Source: Macrostomum lignano
Taxonomy: Eukaryota
Reading direction: 5' to 3'
DNA length: 64,000 bases
Assembly (NCBI GenBank): GCA_002269645.1
Contig: NIVC01000764.1
Span: 124,001-188,000 of the forward strand
Shown: piece by piece, positions 52,401 to 63,514 of the stretch
Layout of the letters: each line of letters begins with the position of its first letter
How positions within the stretch are numbered: the stretch's first letter is position 1
Position numbers and translations under genes: made by a program
The notes under the pieces: generated by a model
Database searches by the model: none
Seen by the model: the letters and a program-made list of their open reading frames with translations, nothing else
What the model was told of the DNA's origin: nothing

Positions 52401-53858
52401 CCGCGTGCGTTCCGCCGCCTTCTCTTGCAGCCCGCAAAGGTGACCAGGCGGGCAGGGGGCTTGCGGAACTGGGTGTTCGCGGACACCAGGTCCAGCCGGT
52501 CAAGCAGGTCCTCCAGCGCCTCGGTGTTGGCGTTCTCGCGTCCCGCGACAAAGGGCGAGCGCTCGGACCTCCGCGGAACTGCGTTCAGGTCTCCGAGCAT
52601 CGCCAACGTGTCGCGGTTTGGCACGTCTTCCAGCTGCCCAGCCAGGAAGTCGAAAAAGGCACGAGCCTTCTCGGGGTGAGCAGCGGTGGGTGCATACGCG
52701 CAGAACAGCCGGATGCAGCGGGCGCGCAGTCGCAGGTCGACCCGCATCAGTCGCGGGGACAGCGAGATGCAGTGCACGCTCTGCTGGAGGCGCGGTCCGA
52801 TCAGCACGCCGACACCGCCCCGGCCGCGGTTGTCTGCCAACGTGTACAGGAGGCTCCAGCCGGCTCCGAGGTCCTCAGAGTGGAGCCCCGGCTCAGCCAC
52901 GATAGAGACCTCCTGCAGCGAGACGAGGTCCAGCTGTAGGTCGTGGGCCAGCTGGACAAGTATGGTGCGACGCCAGGGGGCCTTCAGAGTTCGGCAGTTC
53001 ATCGTGCCGTTAATATCTTTAACTCCTTTGTGAGCCACGGAAAATCTAATTCCTCCCAAACAACAACCCAACCGGAAGATCTAATTCCCCTCAAATCCCA
53101 ACCAACCCGAAGCCCTTATTCCCCTCAAACTCCAACCAACCGGAAGCTCTAATTCCCCTCAAATCCCAACCAACCGAAAGCTCCAATTCCCCTCAAATTC
53201 CAACCAACCGGAAGCTCTAATTCCCCTCAAACCGCAACCAACCGGAAGCTGTCTCCGCTGCCCAGCTGCCGCTCCATCCGGCGGTCATTGGGCAAGGCTA
53301 TAAATAGAATCTTGCGGAAGCCGCGGCTGCCCCGATGGCACAGGTAGGTATCGCCAAACGGCATCGCCCCGGACGACAGGCTGGTCACGTGATGCCTGCA
53401 GTCGGCGGCGATTTCCTGGCTCCGGCTGGCAACCGCCTTGGCGAGGCCGAACTCAAGCGACAGTTTCAAGTTGCTCGGCACGATCACAAGGTCGGCCCGC
53501 TGGTTGGCCGGAAGCGATGTCAGGTCGGAAAGGTCGACGCGGAGCTGGCAAGACGGCCCGAGTTGGAAATCGGCCGAGTCATCCTTGATCTGATGCTGAT
53601 GGTGTACAGCAGCCAGAGATGGCGGCTGGGGCGCTGGGAGTTGCGGCTGCGGCTGCGGCTGTGGAGGTGGCGGCTGCTGAGATTCGAGCTGCGCTGGTGA
53701 CGCAGGGGAGGCAGCGGCAGCCGCCTGCAAGGCTTCGGGAAACAGCGGGCGGCGGTTACGTCTGACTGCCGCCGGAGCGGGGGCGGAGACTGGAGCGGCT
53801 GAGGCGGCGGCAGAACCTGCTGGCTGTGGCTGCGGGGCAAAAAAAACATGAGCTTTCA

Positions 53859-53919
<61 letters not shown>

Positions 53920-53936
53920 CACAGACATAGAGACAT

Positions 53937-53979
<43 letters not shown>

Positions 53980-53998
53980 GGCAGACAGACAGACAGAC

Positions 53999-54062
<64 letters not shown>

Positions 54063-54098
54063 GGACAGACAGACAGGCAGGCAGGCAGACAGACAGAC

Positions 54099-54151
<53 letters not shown>

Positions 54152-54276
54152 GGCAGACAGACAGACAGACAGGCAGGCAGGCAGACAGACAGGCAGACAG
54201 ACAGAAAGAGAGACAGACAGACAGATAGACAGGCAGACAGACAGACAGACAGACAGACAGACACACAGACAGACAC

Positions 54277-54307
<31 letters not shown>

Positions 54308-55633
54308 CAGACTGACACTAAAGCAGACAGACAGAGACAGACAGGCAGACAGACAGAGACAGACAGGCAGACAGACAGACAGTAGCAGAAAACAACTCAC
54401 TGGACTTGAAGCAACAGTTTGGAATGCAATTCCACTGCTAGCAGCAGAAGCTACAGGCTGATTTTGCTGTTGTTGTTGATAATTGGAAAGCCATTCCAAA
54501 GCAGCTTCCAATACCTCATCATTGCAGGCAACAATGGAGACAGTTGGCAGCTTGGCTAATCCAGGACTAGGTGGACCACTTGGGTTCAAATAGTATGCAG
54601 TGGCACCAAAAAAAGTTTTTAGATCTTTGGCAATAGCTTCAAAGTTGAGCATTTCACTTGGCTGCTGCAAGATGCAAGCTCTGGCAGTTGCAGAGGTTGT
54701 CTAAAAGGTATGAATATTTATTACAAGCATACAAAGTTTTTAAAATAAAAAATTATAAAAAAACTAAAAACATTAAATAGAATTTTTAAGTCTTACCTGA
54801 TCATAAGAATCAATAATAGTTGTTAAATGACCATTAATAATGAATTGGCTTGTAGTAGCTAGTAATGACTCCAAATTTGTATCTAAAATTATGTCATTTG
54901 TATTTATTTAATAATAAACAAAGCTACAACAAAAATAGTTCAAACATACACTTTCAAGCAATATTCTAAATTATAAAAGTAATCTTATGAATTTATAATT
55001 AATAATATCATTAAAAACCTAAAAGTCAACCTTTAAATAGACATAAAACATAATATTATTAAATTTATTTATTGCTTTGAAATCTTAATAAAGAAAATTA
55101 AGAATACTTAAATTAAAGGCTAAGAAAATATTAATATTAAATGATAAATTTCAATTCTTAATGCCTAAAGAATGTGTAAAATGCATATCTATTCTAAGTA
55201 ATAGTTTTGGATTTAAACTTTCAAGTGGAAATAGATATATAGGATAAATAATTAGTTTAGGAAGCTGTAGCATTACTAGAAGACAGTATTAGGCCCTACT
55301 ATATAGCACCATTTAAAGGAACAATTTTTGTAATACATAGCTTGTAATAGCATATAGGCCTATTGCTCTTTGCTCATTAGAAAATGCATAATAATTTTGC
55401 TGTTGTCAGAAATGCTATTACTCTAAGTCTAACTTCAATTTTGTATTTTATAATTATTTTTACACTCAAAAAGCAAAGTTGTAAAATACCTTTCGTTCGC
55501 ATGAAAACTTTGGCTTGCGACTCCAAATTTTTATAAGGTCGAATAACACAGATAAATGACTCTGGAAACGAATACTGAAAAAAAGCATGCAGTGCTAGCC
55601 AATGTGTTTCATTTGATTTAGTCAAACTACATT
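44081..55633 (-). CDS. Macrodomain-RING-DTC protein (Deltex/DTX3L-like E3 ligase fused to a divergent macrodomain), at least 732 aa, 5' end not located
   Basis: Exons 55633-55490, 54882-54797, 54700-54401, 53829-53243, 48635-48289, 47440-47033, 45226-44965, 44147-44081; all GT-AG, phase-compatible and open. Macro: LRVDLSDLT...ADLVIVPSN...RKILFIALP...[10 protein letters not shown]...[12 protein letters not shown]: CAIC...CSEC...CVLC. DTC: [51 protein letters not shown]. The two 5'-most exons are less certain. Confidence 0.88.
44225..44945. repeat. 10-bp satellite (TGACCCAACT/TGACCCAAAC)
   Basis: Fills the last intron of the Deltex-like gene. Confidence 0.95.
45300..46935. repeat. About 32/64-bp satellite with ACCGGAAGTG core and 128-bp higher-order repeat
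   Basis: Identical ORF ends recur every 128 bp (45675, 45803, 45931, 46059, 46187); 64-bp dimers further right. Confidence 0.95.
47460..48220. repeat. 15-bp purine-rich minisatellite (AGAAGGGGAGGGTAG)
   Basis: Fills intron 47441-48288 and is pyrimidine-rich on the transcribed sense strand. Confidence 0.95.
48780..49456. repeat. 34-bp minisatellite (AACACCAACCAACCGGAAGATCTAATTCCCCTCA), about 19 copies
   Basis: The same array resumes at 53040-53250 on the other side of two LINEs. Confidence 0.95.
49457..50132 (+). mobile_element. 3' fragment of an RNase H-containing LINE (I/Ingi-like) flanked by (ACA)n
   Basis: [10 protein letters not shown]...ILTDSKSAV RNase H; LAQLRSGH...CPDC...DH..LCP Zn knuckle; (ACA)n at 49457-49499 and about 50112-50130. 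Confidence 0.75.
50140..53040 (-). mobile_element. RTE-clade LINE (APE + RT), several frameshifts
   Basis: [75 protein letters not shown]. Confidence 0.9.
53040..53250. repeat. Left-over part of the 34-bp minisatellite overlapping the exon 5' splice site at 53243
   Basis: About 6 units containing AACCGGAAG. Confidence 0.9.
53857..54380. repeat. (GACA)n microsatellite filling intron 53830-54400
   Basis: Direct reading. Confidence 0.97.
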
Positions 55634-56542
55634 CTGAAAACTCCACCACAAAAGAAAACATTTTTAGTTTAAATACTGAATAAATGGAACTGCTAAAGCA
55701 AATAAAACTCTGACCCTAATATAACAGCTTTTCAGCAATTTAATGATGAGAACCGGGATTACTCTTGATTAGAATCGAAAACGAAAAATCTCAAAGTTTC
55801 TTGTAAGCGCGATAAACTGAATTTTCTAACTAGTTTTTATGGAAAGTATTATAACGCAATTTTTCATAAAGGTTCTTTTTTAAATTTATTGAAGTCCATA
55901 GGAGCAAACCATTATTAGAAACAAACTAAAGTCAGTAGTATTTTTTAACATTTTATTATTACACAAATGACGTAAGGGTAAATCGAAACGGGCATAAAAC
56001 ATACGCTCGTATCTACGGCGGACCCAGTGGCACATCAGGTGCTCCCAACGATGCATAGTAAAAATTTGCTATGTATGCAAACTATTAGACCGACATCAAA
56101 TGAGAAAATGATTAAGACGACCGGCCCTAAATACTGCAGCGTTATCAAGCGCAGGGGCGGATCCAGCAGGTGGGGGCCAAAAGGAGGCCCATGGCCCCCT
56201 TCAGTCGCGGCCCAGTAGTGTTTTTGGTATAGCTGCATATATACATGTATGGCTTTACTCAGATCAATGATTAAGACATATGTATATATATTATACATAT
56301 GTACAATAATACATGACTACATGTATTTAGTACGTGTACATGAATGTACATGTACTAAAAATATACATGTTTTGGCGGCTTGCTGCGCAAGGCGAAAATT
56401 AAAGGAACACGGTTGGTTTTATATTTGATTATGCCCGTGGGCTAAATAGAGTAGCGCGGTGCGTAAACGAAAAAGTGGTGTCATAGATTAAAGTGAAAGT
56501 CATTAGGCTAGCCGCCACACAGCTCCCCCCCCCAGCACCAAG

Positions 56543-59500
56543 CTACTTGCTGAAGTGTACTGGCCGACACTTCCGATGAGGCTGTCGGCGACGCTGAACA
56601 ATGGTTGGCGGCGCTGCTGGCTGTGTCATATCCGTGTGCTCGGCTGGCTGCCGAAGTGGCGAGTCTGTAGCTCTCCAACCGGTGTGAGGCGAAACGATAC
56701 TGACTGGTGCCCGCCTGGGTCGACCTCGAGGGCGTAGCGCCGGCTGTGGAATGGGATCAGCAGTGTTCAACAGCGCAGGCTTTAACCTGTCCACGCTGAC
56801 TCGATCTTTCCGGGTGCCTAGATCTAACAGAAAGGCTTTGGCTTCCCGCTCAATGACCTTGAATGGCCCATCATACGGTCTTTGCAACGCCGTGCGGTGG
56901 CCGTCTCGACGGACGAATACGAACGTGCAGGTATCGAGGGCCGCGGGCCAAGCAGATGGACGGCTGCCGTGGTGCGACGTTGGCACCGGCCGAAAAGCCT
57001 GCACTGCTCTGCGCACTTGCAGCAGGAACTGGTCGTAGCCCAGAGTGTCGGGTGGGCTGGGTAGTAGGCACTCTCCGGGTACGCTGATAGGTGCCCCGTA
57101 CACCAACTCTGCTGATGATGCTGGCAGATCTTCCTTGGGAGCCGTGCGGATGCCGAGAAGCACCCAGGGCAGCTCGTTGACCCATGTCGGTCCGGATAAG
57201 CGCGCCATCAATGAAGCCTTTAATTGCCGATGAAATCGCTCGACCAGCCCATTCGACTGCGGGTGAAAAGCCGTTGTCCGGTGCAGCTGCATTCCGAGTA
57301 GCCGGGAGCAGTTCGTCCATAGCTGTGAAGTGAACTGCGAGCCCCTGTCCGATGTAATGTCACTTGGCACGCCAAAGCGGGTGACCCAATGGGAAATAAA
57401 AGCTGATGCACAGGCTGCTGCTGAAGTATCCGTCATGGGAATTGCCTCTGGCCACCGAGTGAAGCGGTCCACGATGGTAAACAAGTGAGTGAAACCCTGT
57501 GACTGCGGCAGCGGTCCTACCAGATCCACGTGGACATGGGCAAAACGCTGTCCGGGGACCCCGATGCCTTCGATGGGTGCGGCGACGTGTCGATGGACTT
57601 TAGCTGTCTGGCAAGCGACACAGGTCCGGGCCCACTGGGTAACGTCCCGGTTCATTTTTTCCCACACAAATTTTTCGGCCACCAAATGGCGCGTGCTGCG
57701 AACCGATGGGTGCGCGAGGCCGTGAATTGCGTCAAAAACAGCGCGGCGAAACTCCGGAGGCACGAATGGGCGTGGCCGACCGGTAGAGGTGTCGCACAAC
57801 AACACCAGTCCTGGGCCGATCTCCACTCGCGCCAGCTGAAGGCTACTGCTTGTGTGAGCCACTGGGACCACCTGTTGCGCCCTCGCCATCTCCTCAAAGT
57901 TCACGCCGGGGAGCCACTGCAACTGAACTGCTGCCGCCGTACACCGAGAAAGCGCGTCCGCTGCCGGGTTCTCTTTGCCCGCGATGTGCTGGATATCCGT
58001 TGTGAACTCGGATATGTAAGCTAAGTGTCGCTGCTGCCTGGCTGACCACGGATCCGAGATTTTTTACATAGCTGCGACCAGTGGCTTGTGGTCTGTGAAA
58101 GCAGTGAAAACCCGACCTTCTAGAAAGTAGCGAAAGTGCCGGACAGCCAGGTATAATTGGCTAGCAACTCGCGGTCGAAAGCACTGTATTTCTGCTCCGG
58201 AGCACGGAGCTGGCGACTGAAGAAAGCCAGCGGTTGCCAGCCGTTGCCAACTCGCTGCTCCAGAGCGGCACCAATAGCGATGTCAGAAGCGTCCACGGTC
58301 AGGCCGATCGGCGCCTTTGGCAGTGGGTGCGCCAGCATTGCCGCACCTGCCAGGGCCTGCTTAGCATTGTTAAATGCGGCCGTCAGCTCGGGTGTCCAAC
58401 GGACCAGTTTGCCTTTTCCAGCAGTAGCCACATGAATGGGGCGCAGTAGCTGAGCGGCTCGCGGCACAAAGCGGTGGTACAAGTTTACCATGCCGGCGAA
58501 CTCCTGCAGGCCCTTGACGGTGGTGGGCGGTGCAAAACGAACGACAGCGTCAACTTTTGAGGGCAGCGGCACGGCTCCCTGAGCGCTGATTCGATGGCCG
58601 AGGAAATCAATTTCGCTGCGGCCGAACTGGCACTTCGCGGGGTTGACTAGAAAACCATTGCTGGCCATACGTTGGAACAGCGTTCGCAAGTGCTCCAAGT
58701 GCTGATCTGGGTTGTGACTGGCCACTAGGAAATCGTCAATGTAAGCAAATACGAAATCCAAGTCTTGGCAAACAGAGTCTACTAGGCGCTGGAAAGCCTG
58801 GGCCGCGTTTTTTAACCCGAAAGGCATCCGCAGAAATTCAAAAAGTCCAAACGGGGTGATTACGGCTGTCTTTGGAACATCTGTAGGCGTTACTGGCACC
58901 TGATGATATCCACGGACGAGGTCGATTTTTGAAAAAACTGAGCATCCGGCCAGTCGCGCTGAGAAATCCTAAATGTGCGGCACTGGATAGCGATCTGGCA
59001 CAGTGATATCATTTAGGCGCCTGAAATCGCCACAAGGTCGCCAGCCCTCCGAAGACTTGGGCACCATGTGCAGGGGCGATGACCAAGGGCTGTTTGACCT
59101 GCGCACGATGCCGAGCTGCTCCAAGAGTCGGAATTCTTCTTTGGCCACTGCCAGCTTGTCCGGTGGCAGGCGGCGGGGGCGGGCATGGACCGGCGGGCCG
59201 TTGGTCGGGATGTGGTGTTCGACCCCGTGGCGCGGCTGGGCTCGGCGGAAACTCGGCTCGGTGAGGGCAGGAAAATCTGCTAGCAGCTGGCTATATGGGT
59301 CCGCAACAGCGGCTGCGGAGAGCTGCAAGCCAGGGCCGGCTCCGTTCAAAAGGTGGACGCTCGCCAGGGATTGGGCGTCGAGCAGGCGCCGCTGCGGCAG
59401 GTCCACCAGCAACCCGTGGTGCCGGAGGAAATCTGCGCCGATTAGTGGTCGGGAAACCGCTGCCAGAACGAAAGGCCACGAGCAACGCCGGATTCCAAGA

Positions 59501-59730
59501 TCCAGAGTGAGCTGGCGTGTGCCGAAAGTCTGGATTTTACTGCCGTTGGCTGCATAGAGCGGTGGTCCTTGGCGCTTCAGTCGGGCGTCTGTTCCGGCGA
59601 CCGGGAAAATACTGACCTCGGCGCCTGTGTCCACTAGGAAGCGCCGGCCTGACTGTACATCCGGGATGAGGAGCCGACTGCTGTCGCCGGCCGCCGAGCT
59701 GTTCACTGACTGCCGGCCTGCTCGTTTCCC
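56543..59730 (-). pseudogene. pol: Pol (PR-RT-RNaseH-IN) with TAG at about 58969, frameshift at about 58165 and TAA at about 58068
   Basis: [64 protein letters not shown]. Confidence 0.93.
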
Positions 59731-60521
59731 TGAAACTTGCATGGTGCTTCGCAGCGTCTAGCCTTCGCGCCGAACTTCTTGTGATAGTAACAAAGACCTT
59801 TGGCTTCCCCGGCGCGACCTTGGGGTGGCTGAGTCCTGCTAAAGCGGTTGGTGCCGCTCTGACGTGCGACTGCGATCACAGGAAGGTCGGGCTGCTGAAC
59901 TTCTGCAACCACTGGCTGCGGTCGGCTGGCCCAGAGCTTGTCGGCGAGGAGCGCCACTGCTCGCGGGTCTTTAAAATCAGCGGAGACTAACACCATGCGG
60001 ATGTCCACCGGAAGCTGCTGGCGGAAAAGCTCTTCAAAAAGCAGGCACGGCGAATGGTCGCCCAGCAGAGCCAACATTTCGTCCATTAGTTCGGACGGCC
60101 GCCTATCGCCGAGGCCAGCTATGTTGAGCAACCGGTTGGCCCGCTGTTGTCGCGACAAACTAAAAGTGCCAAGCAGGCGAGCTTTCAGCTGCATGTACTT
60201 GCCCGTGTTGGGAGGGCTCTCAAGCACGTCTAGGAGTCGCTCGGCAGACTGTTGGTCAAGTGCTGCGACCAGGTAGTGGTATTTGGTCTCGTCCTGTGTA
60301 ATGCCTCGCAATGTGAACTGCGCTTCTGCTTGGATGAACCAAGCTCGGGGCTGGGAGGTCCAGAACTGCGGCAGCTTGAGTGCCACGGCATTGATGGGAG
60401 CTGTGGTTCCGCCGACTGCAAAGGTGACTTCAGGTTCTGAAGGTTCTGAAGGTTCTGAAGCATTGACGGCAGCTCCGTCAGTTGTGCTACCGTTAGCTTC
60501 TTCGTGTTCGGGCATACTCAA
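59703..60521 (-). CDS. gag: Gag (272 aa) with CHCC motif
   Basis: KLPQFW...WFIQAEAQF...TKYHYLV; [18 protein letters not shown]. Confidence 0.92.
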   Translation of the reverse strand: MSMPEHEEANGSTTDGAAVNASEPSEPSEPEVTFAVGGTTAPINAVALKLPQFWTSQPRAWFIQAEAQFTLRGITQDETKYHYLVAALDQQSAERLLDVLESPPNTGKYMQLKARLLGTFSLSRQQRANRLLNIAGLGDRRPSELMDEMLALLGDHSPCLLFEELFRQQLPVDIRMVLVSADFKDPRAVALLADKLWASRPQPVVAEVQQPDLPVIAVARQSGTNRFSRTQPPQGRAGEAKGLCYYHKKFGAKARRCEAPCKFQGNEQAGSQ

Positions 60522-63168
60522 AAGCTATTTGAGCAGTCGGGCTCACCAGTTTGGCGGCTTGCTGCGCAAGGCGAAAATTAAAGGAACACGGTTGGTTTTA
60601 TATTTGATTATGCCCGTGGGCTAAATAGAGTAGCGCGGTGCGTAAAAGAAAAAGTGGTGTCATAGACTAAAGTGAAAGTCATTAGGCTAGCCGCCACAAT
60701 GTACACAATAATCCATAAATCTTCGCTCTCCCGACTTTTCTAACAATTTATGCAGGCCATAATTAACAATTTACACCTTTTCATTCCGTACTACTACGTT
60801 ATAGGATACGTACACTGTAAGTACCAACCATGACATGCATGTGCATTTTCTTTTGCAATTTGCATGCATTATTCTAATGTTACAGTGTACGTATTCGATC
60901 TAGGATCATTGCAGTCAAGGACCACTGGAAGTTACCGTTGTTATGAGTATGTAGCTCGTATTTTAAGGGTTAGCTGCAATGTAAACAAGCGGGCCCTCAA
61001 AATAATTTTGCAATATTTGCGAGTGTTGCGGATCTTGATAGAAAAAACTGTAACTTCTAGTGGTGATCCATTGATTGCAGTCTTGAACTACATGAACATG
61101 TACTCTGTGAGGCTTTACAGGGTCCTTATTTTTACTATTTAAGGACATTTAACTGTACTTCTTAGAGATTTATTTTTGCTAAGTTTCAGCAGCCAGTACC
61201 TGAGCCGGTTTTATTTATTTACGATCGCCTACCATGTAATGCAGCTGTCACTTGCACCAATATAGTCCGCAAGGACAACTTCCGTAACTTCAGTTGTTCT
61301 TGATAGTCCGGAAAAGTGATCCGACCTCGATCAGTCTCAACTTTTTCTCCTTATTTTTTACAGCTTTTATGATCGTGTATTGCTGTCACTTTTGTCTCCA
61401 AAAAGCCTAGGATTTGACCCTATGGTTTGAGAGGTCGACCGCGGTGGAGAGGGTTTTGGGGCGGCCTAGAGAGCTCAGCCAATCAGAGTCGAGCTCTAAG
61501 TTATCATAGTTATCTAAGGATTGACTGATCTGAAAAGTCTACGACTCTACGTCGAGTATAACAAAACATATCAGAATATCCGACGCTTGGTATAACTAAT
61601 CCGCCGTTGGAAGACAAATTAAGGAAGGATCGGCAGAAAGCCCGGTCACGTCCTTCAAGTCGCTAGCAGGCTCATTGGGAATTAGCCTTCTTGACCTACT
61701 TTATCCGGTGCACTTTCTGTCCGACCCATCGTTCGGTAGCTGGATAGCTAGGATTTTACCTTTCGCTAAGTTGCTTCTAAATGTGCTGAATTTGAGCCAG
61801 AACTTGTAAAATCAATAATGAAGAGAAACTTATATTGGAAATATATTATAAAGGAAATGTGAATCTAGTATTACTATTTGTTAAGCTTTTAAGTTTTCTT
61901 TTTTCACCATGCCTGGCCAAGATGAGAATGAGAGGCCAATTTACTGGAGCAAAAGTCGATCGCACCTTTAAACCGAAAGCAAGGTCAGTTCCCAGTCAAT
62001 CAATCGATATAAATCAATCAATCAGTCGGATTCCGAAATCATGCAAACTAAAGTACACAGGGCATGTACTTTAGTGCAGCCCAAGGCGGCGAAGCGGCTG
62101 GAATTTGTCACTAGAGTTAGTCAGGAGTGTGCAGAAGAATAAGTTATCCATTGAATTATTTGGTTGACTTAATTATAACATTAATTGGAAGTGAAAAAGT
62201 GTTAGTGGGGCCGGCCCAAGCGAGTGGTACGTGCATTTACGAGCGTATAAGACTTTAAAATTAGGGGGCTAGCTGGGCGCAGATAACGAAAGGAGGGGTT
62301 GGATCAGTGCGCGATTGAAGAGCCAATCAGAAGGCAGCGAGGGACAGAGATAAGAATAACAAGACTGAACAAGACAAGAGAGGGAGAGAACAAAGTAAAC
62401 AAAGACGAGTGCACATGAACCTAACAAATGACTAAGAAAGTCTAGTAGCGACGTGAGGATCGCTGGAGGGCTCTGATACATGTACTTCTGCCGACGAGTT
62501 GATACATTTCAGGCCAAAAGCGATCAAGTACATCTATTGTACATGTATTTTCTGGGAATCCAATAATGTAATAGTGCATCCAGTGGTGTAGAAAGACTCG
62601 CATGTCCATGCTCTGAGGCCTGACAAGCCTGAGGATGCCGAACCCATCACAATGCATACAAACAAATCGTTTAGAAGGCGATTTGATCTTAATAAAAAGC
62701 TGTCATGCTTAGTACCAACGATTATATCCCTTGTGTTGATTTGAAAAGCGAACTTCAAAGAAATCATACGAAGTCTGCATACACCGTTATGCTTAAGCAT
62801 GATTGACGTTGAAAGCTACGATGTTGCAGTAAATTTTGCCAAAAATTCTGGCTAGCGAAAAAAAATTCCAAAAATTTAGAAACTAGAGAAGGCGTTAAGC
62901 TCTATTTGCTTGACAAGCTGCTCAAATTTGACAAATGTGGGATATAATTTCATCGGTTAAAATGAATAATGCTTCAATTCTTTTGTCTGTGGATAGAGTA
63001 ACTAAATGACTCCTTTTAGAAGTAGCTGGCTTGCGTGAGCCGCACAAACAGTCGGTTACTGCTTGAGCTGCTTTGTGCCATGTCTATGCAGATTGAATTA
63101 CCAAGCACAATGTGAACCTGTATTTTATTGTGTACATTTGCCAAAGGACTCAAACTATACTTGTGAAG

Positions 63169-63169
<1 letters not shown>

Positions 63170-63220
<51 letters not shown>

Positions 63221-63368
63221 GGCAGGCAGGCAGACAGACAGACAGACAGATAGACAGACAGACAGACAGACAGACAGGCAGACAGACAGACAGACAGACA
63301 GACAGGCAGGCAGGCAGACAGACAGACAGACAGACAGGCAGGCAGGCAGACAGACAGGCAGACAGATA
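63170..63368. repeat. (GACA/GGCA)n microsatellite
   Basis: Direct reading. Confidence 0.97.
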
Positions 63369-63514
63369 GAAAGACACGTCATGGGGATCCTTGTCTTTTA
63401 ATTGGCTAGCGAAGAGGCTGCACTGCCATTGGATTCCAAGTCAATAAATACGGGGCACAGCAGTTCTCGGCAATTTCCCTGCCCACCCGATCAGCTCGGA
63501 CAGCCCGATAAGCC

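Larger units (their letters stand above)
56371..60698 (-). mobile_element. Full-length Ty3/Gypsy LTR retrotransposon, CsRn1-like clade, disabled
   Basis: 149-bp LTRs at 56371-56519 and 60550-60698 (2 differences); 4-bp TSD ATGT; PBS TGGTGAGCCCGAC (tRNA-Trp-like) at about 60536-60548; PPT GGGGGGGGAG at about 56523-56532. Confidence 0.96.

Noticed and set aside
60700-63000. 5' exons of the Macro-RING-DTC gene or solo LTRs
   Set aside because: Short ORFs (for example 62442-62800) lack recognisable motifs or phase-linked splice sites; no LTR boundaries or TSDs found.
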